From: Octopus vulgaris
Lineage: Eukaryota
Assembly (NCBI GenBank): GCA_951406725.2
Contig: OX597816.1
Coordinates: forward strand, 133,672,001 to 133,736,000
Direction of reading: 5' to 3'
DNA: 64,000 nucleotides
Below the pieces are notes generated by a model. The model made no database searches. It was not told where the DNA came from and saw only the letters and a list, made by a program, of their open reading frames with translations. This document shows positions 51,568 to 64,000 of the stretch, one piece after another. The translations under genes and the position numbers were made by a program. Within the stretch, counting starts at the first letter, position 1. Each line of letters begins with the position of its first letter.

Positions 51568-51754
51568 TAGGGGTCAGGGAACTTTTTTAACCAATTACCT
51601 CAAAATATATTTATTTACACTGATGTTACCCCCTTCATTCGAAAGGAAGAAAATTATAGATAACAAGGAACACATTTTTTATACAATTTTACTAATGTCT
51701 AATGCGTTCTCATTACCCACAAGAATTTCATTTTTACCAGTTTGCCAACCCCTG
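51568..51754. mobile_element. Possible hAT MITE
   Basis: Ends TAGGGGTCAGGGAAC and GTTTGCCAACCCCTG. No clear TSD. Confidence 0.45.
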
Positions 51755-52719
51755 CTCAAAACATATGTGTAAATGGAAAGCTCAAAACATTCCATTTTCA
51801 AAGGATGGAAGAAAATGATCGGCTATGAATGGTAAAAGAAGAATATTTTAAATATAACATGGAAACTTCCCTCTGTAAGTTTCATAAAATACTATTTTTT
51901 AAATAATTCTAAAAATATTTAATAACTTTTAATTCAGTAAAATCCTTCTTCAATTATTGTGGCTGCATCAAAAGTTTTTCTAAAAACATTTTTAGATATA
52001 TATGCATACATGCAATGTATATATGCACACACACACATATATTATCTGTATCAGTCATTATACTGCTTTGAAGGGTTTAGTTGAACAAATTGACCCTAGT
52101 ACTTATTTCTTGTTCTAAGCCTAGTACTCATACTATTGTTCTTCTTCCACCAAATCACTAAGAGGGATGTAAACAAACACCTGATATGAAGCAGTGGTGG
52201 TGGTGGGGGGCAAACACACACACACACCATTCTTTCATTCAACATTCATCAAACACAGGATGGAAGATGTGTTCAAAGCAAAGCTGGATAAGACTTTATA
52301 TGCCAGTCTTTTAAATGGCATCAGCCTACCTGCACTATTACATGTAAACGAGACATGAATTGCAACAAAGGGGAAAGAACATCAACTGGCTACAATGCAA
52401 AGGTTCATGGGAAGAACCAGGCTATAAATATCATTGTAACAATATATCCAATATGAGAAAATCCAAGAATGGAGCAGAGGGAACAATGTGATCATAACCA
52501 CAGATTACTGAAAGTACAAGTGCAAAGTCCACAAACAACAGGTGGACCTGTGCAGTTGCAGAGTGATCTCCAAGAGATTGAAAAAAAAGCCACTGAATGG
52601 GAAGATGATTTAATTAAATGATTTGGGCAAAGTTGGAAAAGAAGGGTGCAACTGAAAAAAGAATTGGAATTTCATTGTGACCAGCAAGTATATAACAGCT
52701 AGTCTGACTACTACAGGTA

Positions 52720-52752
<33 letters not shown>

Positions 52753-52834
52753 TGCACTCATATATGTATAAGTGTGCATGCATCTGTGTGTATATATATA
52801 TATGTGTGTGTACACACATACTTCTCTATGTATA

Positions 52835-52919
<85 letters not shown>

Positions 52920-53924
52920 CTGTGAGCGTGTGAACTTGTGTGTGTACAGATAGACAGATATATATGAACACACATATATGCATCTGTGCTTAGTAATATA
53001 TATAAGTATATTTAAGTATATATACACATGCACACAAGTACAAAGATACACACAAGCACACACACATACATGTTCATGGGTGGTCCATAAAGAAATATTT
53101 CATATTAAGATAAGGTTTGAAATACTATGTATTCAGTGTATTTAAGAAAAAAAATGTTAGCCCATGCTTCCTTTGACTTAATACTTTGTTACATTGTATG
53201 AGTCATCAATTGTTTTTGTTTTTTAAACAACTTTTTCTAAAGCAGTCTGCAGTAGGAACAAAGTCTGTCATTCTGTAACTAGGTTGATATTGAAAGCTAT
53301 TTGATATGAAAAAGTGAAATTCATTAGAAAGCAACGTTTAAAATAAATCATACATTGTTATCTGAAACCAAAATTCGTTTGGATCATAAAAGCCAGCGGA
53401 TATATCTTATTACATATATTAAACTGAACATTGCCATGACATATATAATAAGTAGAGTGTCAGTTATAACTTGAGTCTTATTTTAAGTATAAATCGTATT
53501 AGAATTTAAATTCAATAAAACTTTAATCTGGGCTAAGCTTCTTACCTAAATTGCACCTAATTGTGGAGTTAATTATCACCTTTGCATCAACATTCTAGCA
53601 TTGGTTGGATAGATTTTGTCAGCTAACAGTTTACATTGTTTATCTTTGCAAACATGGGTTTGAAATTCTGCAAATTTTCTCAGCATTTAAAGTTAACAGA
53701 ATTAGCATGCTTTTTCAAACTCTTTAAACTAACATAATGCACTTCTTTGATTACTTCATTGGCTACCCACTATGCACTCATACCCATAAAACACACACAA
53801 AATATTTGACTTTGTGCCTATGTAAAAAAAAAGTCATTATTTATCTAACATGCATTTCCATAGATTTAAAAATTTCAAGCCAAAAACTCAATGAAACAAA
53901 TTACAAATTTCTTTTCTCATACCT

Positions 53925-54450
53925 CAAGAGCAAAATAGTATCAACATAAGCAAAGCTTGGGCAGCACTTAAATCTTGGCACAATATGGTAATCTAAGTTC
54001 TCAAAGAATCTGAAAAGAACTTCTTTTGTGAGTTCTTTTGTGAACTGTATTGCTTAGTGGACCTTCCACTCAGACATTAACCTGAAGGCTTAAAATTATG
54101 CAGAATTGCACCTACGCGAACTGCTTTCTGAAATTTTGAATGTGTCTTGGAAAGAATACCCCCACCAAAGTAAGATTACACAATAAGCTTCCAAAAGTGT
54201 CATACACCATTAAACAAAGAGAACTTCAGTTTGCTGGACACTGCAAAAGAAGTAGAGTGGAGATGGTCAGTGACACTCAACTCTGGACATCTCACAATGG
54301 TCATAAGCACGCTGGTTGCCTGTGAAGACATACATCAATCAGTTAGCAACTGACACTGGTTGTTACCAAGAGGAAAACGGCGATGGATGGATCAGTGTCA
54401 TGTGAATCTGAGCAATGACAACAATAATGATGACTGTGATGATGATGATT
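53925..54450 (+). mobile_element. Old RTE-type LINE 3' fragment related to 15043-15377
   Basis: SKAWAAL and LPKVSYTIKQRELQFAGHC motifs, with a GAT-rich tail. Confidence 0.7.
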
Positions 54451-54564
54451 TTCAATTATTCAAAACAAATATCAATATTTTACTTCTTGATAAAAAGAAA
54501 ATTCCCATTGAAAACTGAAATTAAGATTAACCAAATTAAATTCCTCATACACAGTTACCTTGAG

Positions 54565-54781
54565 CCCTTTAGCATTTAAACCAGCCATATTCAGCCAAAA
54601 TAATCTACCCGTTTTGTTGTTCAAACTGGCCTAATCAAGCTTTTCACACCTACCTACAATGTCATCCTAAAAATAAACAGTTACATCATCAAAATCTTGA
54701 AGCTATGAGTTAATGCATGGTTAATGCAGAACAATCTGATTAAATAAGCATTATGTTTGAGAGAGTAATCTAAATACTAAA
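54565..54781. mobile_element. piggyBac-like MITE relic; inverted partial copy at ~59225-59320
   Basis: CCCTTTAGCATTTAAAC at 54565 corresponds to GTTTAAATGTTAAAGGGTTAA ending at 59320. Confidence 0.55.
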
Positions 54782-55699
54782 CATCTATCACATATTCTTA
54801 CAAGTTCATTTTCTGTCATGCATTGCAATATTAAAACTACAAAAAGAATATCATACAAAGTAGGTGGAAACTGAGGATCACATAATATATTCTTTTGTCT
54901 TATGCAAGGACAGAATAGCTATGGTTTAACTGTTTCCTCGTAAACCTGGTCTGATTCCATGAATTTAGCTGATACATAACATTAACCTTTTATTTAGCAA
55001 ATGTGTAAAATTTGCAATTATAATTTTTTAACAAAAAGTAACAAATGCAAAAATATTTTTTCTCAGAAATTAATGAAATCTATAGCAAAATCCTTTGCAT
55101 TTAGTCAATGTTTGCATCTTTTGTTTATAGCCAGTTCAAACTTGATATTTCCTTACATATTGACTTTAGATTACAAAAAAGATAATTTTCATCACAAGGA
55201 AAATAGTGATCATAAACACAGCCTAATAATATCTGGCAAGCCAGTACATTTATTCAAAATCTCAGCCCTCAGAACTGATTACAGGAGAAGAAAGCATAGT
55301 TAATAAACTTTCCATAAAGGAAATGATGAAAAATAAAAGATTAGAGGACAAAGTAGCATATTCAAACTGCAGCTATGAAAAATCCCACCAGTTAGATGAG
55401 ATAAACTTGAGAGAGAGGGGGGGGGTACAGAATGTCGCTTGGGAAGAATTCATAAAAACAAAAAAAAAGGCATGTACCTACAAAACATATTTCAACAAAA
55501 GAAATACGATTAAAAAAAGTTGAGTACAATCTCATAGTAAAATATCAACTTGAGACAGCAATATTTATTATAACCACTTTCATGTGAAGTAAAATTGTCT
55601 TAGTGCCAAGCAAAAAGGTCTGCTTTTGTTTCTTTTTAATTATACCACATCACAGTGAAAGATTAAACCTTTAGATGCTTGGGCTTAGGCAGTACCATA

Positions 55700-56190
55700 G
55701 CAAAAGAGGGTTATCAAAGAAGTGACTATTGATAGTAGTAGATATCAGTTCTGTTACCTCGGTGATCTAATTAGTGCTGGAGTAGAGCCAACGAAAGCAT
55801 AGTATCTATGGTGTGAAGTAGGTGGAAGATTAGAGAACAACTGCCTTTATTGACGACAGAGTTTTCTCTTCCAAATGAAAGTTTAGTTGTATGATGCATC
55901 TGTCAGAAGTTTAAAGGGTGAAAGATGAGTAATGAAGATAAAGACTAGCAACAATTGATGAAGAATATTGTGGAGCATATTAAGTAAATTTAAGAAAACA
56001 GAAATAATGCATATGATGTGAGAAAGTGATTAGATATTGAAGTACATATAAAGTATTATTCCACTGCAATAAAGCATATTCCTCTTTTTTAAATACTATA
56101 AAAGAGAGACGTTTGTATGGACATGTGATGAGAACAATGAATGAAAAAGTATTGCAAGAAAGTATGAGATAGGCAATGAAAGACAAACAG
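55700..56190 (+). mobile_element. Very old RTE-type LINE fragment
   Basis: QFCYLGDLISAG, LYDASVRS and LYGHVMR motifs. Confidence 0.55.
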
Positions 56191-56401
56191 ATGGGTTAAC
56201 TTAGATCAATCTCTCAAAAATGAAATAAGGAAGAGAAGAGAGAAAAATATGACAAACATTATTAGCAAGTTCAGAGAATAGTACAAAATTAAATGAACAA
56301 CAAATTCATTCAATGAATGCTATCATAAATACCTTATCAAACAATAAAATTTAGAAAATAAAATGAAATCCCCAAAAATAAAAGTAATTCTGCAAAAATT
56401 A

Positions 56402-56618
56402 CAGTAATCCTTCACCATATTGTGGTTCACCTATTGCGGTTTATTATTTAAGCTTACGTCGATTCCTCTGTAGTATTGTTTTGCATTTATAATAAAATAA
56501 ATATATACAAATTATGAAAATAATTTTAAAAAAATACAGTACTGTTTCTACTTCGCAGATTTTCACCTATCGCAGGGGGATTTGGAATGTAACACCTGCA
56601 ATAGTCGAGGGATTACTG
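56402..56618. mobile_element. Tigger/pogo-type MITE
   Basis: TA TSD. TIRs CAGTAATCCTTCACCATATTG / CAATAGTCGAGGGATTACTG. Confidence 0.8.
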
Positions 56619-58080
56619 TAAATGATCAAGAGTAATTAGTACAAATAAATTATAAAAGTTCTACTTTTATCATTACTTAACATTTGGTTTGTTAGGCTGA
56701 AAGATGTAAGGATTTTGGTGCATAGATTCAGAAGTGCAAACCTCAGTAAGAAATCTTTATGTCAAAACCACAAGCTGTTGTAAGTTAATTAGGGGAAGGG
56801 CAGTGACCATAATCTTTACATCTCACCTTCTGATGAGATCAATTCAGTTAATGTTCACTTTAAACAGTGTCAGAAAAAAACAAGGGTGAGGAGAGAATTT
56901 TAGAGGACAGTAGGAGTAGGAAAATGATGAGAAGAGAGGTGGGTATATTGGATATGCAGTTAACCAGTGCAGAAAAGTAAAAGCAGAGAGAAAAAACAGC
57001 ACATTTGTGAACAAGTTGTTATGTGTTGGTAAGTGAATCTTTGCCAATCAACCAAATCTTCCCTTCTTGTATATAATCTAGGATATTTTTGTGTGTATCA
57101 GCTGCATCATCTCAGATAGATGAGCAATAATTGTGCTCTGTAAACCGTCGGTAACTGATAAATGCTAAAGTTTTTTCTGGCTCTAAAGAGAAATCCTAGT
57201 CATTGATGCAATTTTAGTGATGTTATACACAAGTTAGATCCATGCAAGATCATTAAAGATTGTGAGGTGAAATATACATCTGTTGTTGTAGTAATGGTGT
57301 CTTAGTAAGGTGACTGTGTCTTTGTGCTGTTGTCTGATTGCTGATCAAGGATATTGCAGGTGTCTCTTTTCAATGCAGCAATACAGTGATGTCTATGTTG
57401 AATGTGAACAACACTTGTGTGTGGAATGTTAAAGATGAGAAAAGGAGATCATGTGCATAAGATCATACATTGTTTGAAATGACAGCAAGCTAGTTGTTAA
57501 AGTACAGATAGAAAACTGTTGGAGATTCAAATGATCCTCGGTATACAGGAAATGTGATAGAGAACAGGACGAGAGAACCTAGTCCATTAATGCTACAATA
57601 GTGAAGTCTGACATGGAATTTCAGGTTAAAAAAATAAGAGATACATGTATCTCATAAACTGGCAACTTACTAATAGATTCTTATGCCAGACATAGTCTTT
57701 ATTCACATAAAGTACAACATGGTTATTAAAGGTGAAAAAGAGAGAAGTGGCAAGTGACAAAGCTCAATTCTCAAGTAGACTTGGCACTAAGGAAGTCATA
57801 CTAATAGGAGAGAGAGAGAGAGACTGAATGTTGTGAAATAAGTGATTATTCACAACTATTTCCATTACCTTTGATATGTTGGAAGATAGGCCAAATGGAT
57901 AGTAGTTAGCAGTCAGAGAAATAGCTATGCCTGAAGATGGAACATACTGTAGAACATTTTCATACATAGCATACTTGTATGCTGAAAATAAAACAATGGC
58001 CAGACAACACATCTCTCAAAATGTGAGCTCAAATGATAAAACAATGTTACAATAAGATTTCAGTTCATTTACACACTAGC

Positions 58081-58109
<29 letters not shown>

Positions 58110-58112
<3 letters not shown>

Positions 58113-58279
58113 TTCGTTTTTGGATTTGGTTTGCAAGATTCTTTAAGACTATTGAAAAGGTTGCAAGATGCAATGAAAATTTTAGGAAAATAAAAAAATA
58201 AGGAACAAATGGAAATTTTACCAGTGAGTGTGTAACATTATAAGGCACAAAAAGAAAATGACTCTCCCCAGACACAACA

Positions 58280-58280
<1 letters not shown>
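58110..58280. mobile_element. One-armed copy of the 5477-5827 fold-back element
   Basis: Same leader TTTTGGATTTGGTTTGCAAGA joined directly to the right arm ending CCCCAGACACAACAG. (TA)n on both sides. Confidence 0.8.
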
Positions 58281-58310
<30 letters not shown>

Positions 58311-58765
58311 CAAATTAATGTCATTCAGATCATTTTGAAATATTTTTCTGATATACCAGTCTCAACAAGACAGTTATATCCCACCAAATTTAAAGAAAAG
58401 TGTCTGACTTGTTTCATACTTGTGTAATATAATATATGGTATGGAGCCTTTAAGATCTTCCCCTGTATGAAACTTGCAATAGCTAGACTTCAATTGTTTA
58501 TAAACTCATGAGCTCTTGAAAACATCTTTTGTTAGAGAAAGATAAAAACTGATTACTTTCAGAAAACAAACAGTACCTACTAAAGAGTATATCAGATTTA
58601 GCTTTCTGTAAGTGTTTCATCTGAATAATAGAAGAAAAAAAAAGGAAATGATCATTTCCAAAAATCTAAACTAAAAAAAAGGTTCTGGGATTGAAAATTT
58701 AATATTAATTTTACTTACAACATTAATCTGATAATATTTTGGCCAATGATTAGACTACTACTACA

Positions 58766-58805
<40 letters not shown>

Positions 58806-61779
58806 TCATCACCATTGTTTTAACATCCACTATTTCATAATTGCATGGGTCAGATGGAATTTGTTGAGGTAGATTTTCTATGGACAGATGCCCTCCCTGT
58901 CATCAACTGTCACCTGTTTCCAAGCAAGCTATTATTTCCTCATGGCCAGACATGTTCTTCATGGTTGATTAGAACTGAATAACATCATCTGCATGATGAT
59001 AATACTTGTTTACAACCAACACATGATATCAAGACAAGGGCATGCACACACACACACATACCGACAGACTTCTTCCAATTTCCACTTACTATATTTACTC
59101 AGAAGGCTTTGTTCAGCCTAGGGCTATAGTAGAAGACGCTTGAGTTACCACAGAAGAAAGACAAACAGATGAGATTATTCACATTGTTTTGAACTGATCA
59201 TGTATCATCTTGTAGCTTTGTGATTTTGATGCGATTGTGAGGTCAGATCTGGCTGGTTTGAACATGAAACAGGCAGAATAATTTGGGCCAAAGATGGTCA
59301 GTTTAAATGTTAAAGGGTTAATAACATAAACTATATCCTATAGCAGTAACCTCCATAAAGCTGAACTTATAGAAAAATAGTACATATGACATTTAGAAAA
59401 TGGATAATCTTCAGTCAAAAAAAGTACAGTTTGAACTGAGGTTTTTTTACATGAGGAGTCTACAAAAAAAAAAGTAGCAAGATTTTTGATGGGGCTGGTT
59501 TAGCATTATTACAGCAAAATCTTCAGTGAAAGGACCATAGTACATTTATAATTAAAACAGGAGAGAGAGAGAGAGAGAGAGTGTGTTTTTTTTCACTATT
59601 GTCAGCTGGTAAACACCACCACACTAACCAAACAGGACTTACTACAATAAAGTAGATTATTGTGTATTATTTACCAATTAAAAGTGGGATGAAATTACAA
59701 TTTAAGTTAAGAAAGGTTTTATGTGAGATTATAGAATTATACAACAGATATGTAAAAACAAATAAACATCACAAGAATTGCATTCTCTATTTAATTTCTA
59801 GTAGTAAAGATATATAATTTCAATTCTTTTAAAAGATATTCTAATTAAAAGTAAGGTGACCAAATGTCTCGTGTAAGCATTGCTGAAGAGTAGGAACAAT
59901 ATGACAATGAATATAGGGTCATTTTATTTTAGCTAATGCTTATATTAAATTTCTATTAATTCAATATCTAGACAGAAAATTGTTTAATTATAGAGTTGAT
60001 GAAGAGAAAAGTTTGAAACCAAAAGCATAGATATAAACAAAAACGATCTAAAATATATTATTATATCTATTTTACTGACAGGTTTACTAAGATAATTAAC
60101 CTCATATATTAGAGCTGACAGGAAAATGAGATATTGTGTATGATTAGATGCTCAGAGATAAACAACTTCAACAGAAACAGAATATGTAGGGTATTTAGGT
60201 ACTTAAATATTTAGGTAATTATACAAATGAAGCTAGTTAAAGGTGCTTCGAAGGAAAATGAAAAATGTAAGTGTGAATAAGAGACTGGTTGAGGGGGGAA
60301 ATAAAATGAAAATGTAATGAACTAAGTATATTGAAAAATATGTGTGTGATAAAATGGTACTGTGATACACAAGGTAGATGAGAAATGAAACATTAACTTA
60401 ATCATTATATTGCAGAAGCTTTTTTCCTTAGTATGAATTTAGGTTTACTTTGCAATTTTTTTCTAAAGCCAGGAGTATTAATTCCAGGATACAAATATAT
60501 ATAACATGATTATAAAAATACAATCATGTTTCTCCAAACTACATCCATGCAAGGTGTTGAACAATATGAACAAATGAGACTACAATGCTGCTAACAGAAA
60601 GCTGTCAATTAAGTTTGTACTCAACATCTCAATTGCTTTGTGAAGCAATTGAACTTTACATTAACTTTAAAGCTTAGCTATTGCTCAACAAACAGATAAA
60701 TGTGTAATTTTTTTTTCTGACAAAATTGTAATTTTAATTACTTTCTTAAACTTTTTGCTTAGATGCTAGATGTAATTTATGAAAAATCTTTGTCCAATAC
60801 TTAGAAAATGATACAAAAATGAAGTAAGCTAATACAGACTACAAGTACAAGATCATTAAAAGCCTTTATAAGCTATTTCCATTAGATACAACCCAATTGT
60901 GAACTGCTATCCAGATAATTCAATTTCTTCACAAATGAAAATACTAAATAAAATTTCTAAACACATTAAAATTATGAATAATATAAGTTTCCATTATATT
61001 CAAGTTTCAAATACATAAAATTTAAAGAAATATTGTTTTTATTTATATATAAAAAAGAAATTCAGGTTAATTCAGTTCTGAAAATAAGGGTGAACATTTT
61101 GATTAATATTTTAAAAAGGAAATATGTCAACAGTTTTAGTACACTGTTATTCAAATTGGTTTCAACTGCACAGAATTGGGTCACATACTAAATATATTGC
61201 TGTAGCTTTAATAAAGATCTCTTTGTTTGGAACAATGTTTTTCTTAATTTCTTTGAAAGGATTTCATTATTTTCCCAGTATTATTAATCTTGACTATGTA
61301 GGATTTACAAATCATGGCCCACTTTTCTTTTAAATCCAACAGTAATATACAGATACAGAATAGAGGAGTAACTTGTTTTTTATTACACAGTTGAAAGAGA
61401 GACAGTTTTCCTTAAAATGGAAAAAAATAAAAAATTTTTAAATACAACCATAAATAAATAAAAATCATGACAAACCAGAATTTATTTGTTGATTATAATC
61501 TAGAAAATGTTAATGCTGAAAAGCAAAGGGAAACATCTGAAATGTGGAAGATTGGTATAGAATTGAAAGGTTTAACAATAAAGTCCTAGTTAGTATTAGA
61601 AAGTACAAAACATAGTGCCATCTGGGAAGTGGTTTTACTTAATATGTAGGAACTTGATACTGTGTACTCAGTGCCAGCAATGGGTACGCACAAAGTGCAG
61701 TGAAATCTTGGCAGACTGACAAGAAACTGGAACTTTAGATGCACTCTATTCACAAGAGTAGTCGTCAATAGGGGCAGCT

Positions 61780-62345
61780 TTGATATGAAGCCTATGGATT
61801 GCTCAGATGGCTCACTAGAATTTGTAGGTAAGTTATGCTATTTAGATGATATAATTAGAGCAAGGATAGATTTAATAAACATGTAGTAGCCTGAATAAGA
61901 AGAACAGGATGAAAGAAGTTCAAGGAGCTGAAATCTCTGTTGGCAAGAAAAGGTTTCTCTTTATACAAAAAGCAAATTGTTGAGTGTAATGAGAATAATG
62001 ATGCAGAGTAGTGAAACACAATGAGTATGGTAGACTGGCAAAGATTGCTGAGAAACAAGTGAAGTGTAGTCCTTTGGGTGTGCAAAGTCAATTTACATGA
62101 TTAGCAGAATGGCTTGGTGTCAGAGATACCTACCCATGTGTGCAAGAGATCATTATAATGCTACAGATGGACTGGAATGCAAGAGGATTATGCAAGCTAA
62201 GAGACAGTTTCACAAGTTAATAGTAGAGGGCTCTTTGTGCAGAGGCTAGAGTTAGAAGATCTATAAAAATGTGATGATCTCACAGATGAAATTAATTTGC
62301 TGTGTCATGGAAAAATTAATATTAAGATGATAATGATGATGTCAA
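61780..62345 (+). mobile_element. Very old RTE-type LINE fragment
   Basis: SLEFVGKLCYLDDII and KKFKELKSLLARKGFS motifs, with a GAT-rich tail. Confidence 0.6.
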
Positions 62346-64000
62346 CAATGATGACTGATTAAAGTGGTAAAAGTGCAGGAAATTTTATTAAACTGTTCTG
62401 CTTATTACAAGATTAGAATATAAGGAAATTTATAACAGAGATAAAAAAATGGAAAAGTTTGACATAAATTGCCTTCAAATAAGAGCTGGCAAGGCCAATG
62501 GTACATGACATAGTAAGCAGCCATTTCAGATGAAACTAGGAGTAAATACTGGTATGAAGAAAATGTTGAACATCTGAGTCAAATTCTAGAATAAAGTAAA
62601 TGATTTCTACCAGACAATCTGCCCCACATTCAAGTAACTAGAATATAGTTATAAATACATCAAGACAACTCAAGATGAAGAGACAGGATGGAAAATATAT
62701 TAATAAATAAATACAAATTTTTCATAAATTCTTTGTAATACTTTTTGATGTCAATTGTCAAAAAAGTAAATAATAAAAAAAATTACATTGATCCACTATT
62801 TTTTGCAATATCATCCCTAAAGATCAAGTTAACTCAATTTATTACTTTACAGCATTTTAGCAGCAAAGAAATAAATATTTAAATATCAATCAACTGCAGC
62901 CATGTTAATATTTTTGTGACATACAATTGATATATAACATAAATACAAGGATATGCACAAACACATATCATGGTATAGATCTATGGTAAATGATAGAGTA
63001 ATTCTAATCCACAAGTTTCTTGAATTTGGTCTAAAGCCAAGCAAGCAAATAGTAAAATATTAAGCTGATTCACTTCAAATATCCATCAACATGAATGGAA
63101 ATTTGAGACAGAATATAATGAAATCACGACTAAAATAAGAGGAGTAAGACTTTTATTTTAAAATCTGAAGGAAATCCGAATTGATGTTGTATGGGTAATC
63201 TCTAGAAAGGCAAGTAGAACTCACCAACTGTAAAGCAGACACCAACACTGAAGTAGATCAAGTTATTAATGAAGTCTAAGAGGATGTCAACACCTTTGAA
63301 ATATGCCATTGATAAAATAGGTTGAATACCATTGATGGAAATTATGATAAAGAAATTGAGGAAGAAATTAGTTAGGCAGGAGGAAAAAGATACTATAGAA
63401 TGATAATAATGTATAAAGGAATCTATGGTACAACACTTTGTCATTATGTCTTATTGGTGTCATTTGTTCCGCTTGCCCTACAGTGCTACTTGAATGAAAA
63501 CTATTTATTGTTGGGAAGATAAATGCTTAGGTTTGTTGGAGCAGAAGTTATATTAACAGCCATTAAGCAGGTGACATTTCTAAATGAGGTGCATAAAACA
63601 AGAGGTTAGCTATAATAATCTCATTCATGTATTTTCAGTAAACACTGCAGCAAACCTAACCTTGTTAGCAAAAGATGAAATTAAGATAGTTTCCAAATGA
63701 TTAAGAAGAATACTCGAAACATTGCTTTTTTCTTTCAGTGAAAGTTGTCTTTAATATTTCATTTTATACATACATTGTGTGTATGTGTGTACACACATAT
63801 ATCTGTATAGAGAGAAAACTTTCTGTTGGCTATCTAGGGAGCAGTTCCCTGATCTTTCATGTACAAGATAAACAGATGTTATTACTAGACGGGTAACAGA
63901 AGCAAAACCAAAGAGCCAGTTTTCTGTGACACAACAGTGACCCTGACAATAATAATGATTTCTAACAAAAAACAAAATCAGATATTTTGTAATATGACAC

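Larger units (their letters stand above)
49230..51860 (+). mobile_element. Decayed Penelope-like element (RT, probable GIY-YIG region), interrupted by a SINE and a MITE
   Basis: EIKLLEYGLKFASTP, EEQKALECLQKDSSIVIKE, PIITGPISST, FIRDDMDFL, LVSFNETSLHTNI, FFFDNQYY, MAMG, IFLDDCF, FTTEMNERELQFL, RIHKQQI. Confidence 0.85.

Noticed and set aside
52255-52690. CR1-like peptide scraps (DVFKAKLDK, QLQSDLQEI)
   Set aside because: Too short and out of order to call confidently.

Overview
This is AT-rich, microsatellite-rich eukaryotic DNA. The SINE/LINE repertoire looks like a coleoid cephalopod, most likely Octopus (recognised from memory, not searched). The only supported host gene is on the minus strand: two N-terminal SAM-domain exons of an Ack/TNK2-type (activated Cdc42 kinase) tyrosine kinase, at 22008-21880 and 3312-3180. 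They join in frame across an 18.6-kb phase-2 intron. The rest appears intronic or upstream. It contains tRNA-derived SINEs, RTE-type LINEs (one young copy with a PHD finger inside the RT, joined tail-to-tail to an AviRTE/BovB-like RTE), a decayed Penelope, a HERO/R2-type endonuclease relic, a Tigger transposase relic and hAT, piggyBac and Tigger MITEs. There are also several fold-back elements inside (TA)n tracts and local duplications. Most ORFs in the supplied track are microsatellite or antisense artefacts. I found no clearly new multi-gene system. The best leads are candidate alternative phase-2 exons that would remodel the Ack SAM domain, the (TA)n-embedded fold-back family (dsRNA/ADAR substrates, possible hammerhead relic) and the LINE architecture.
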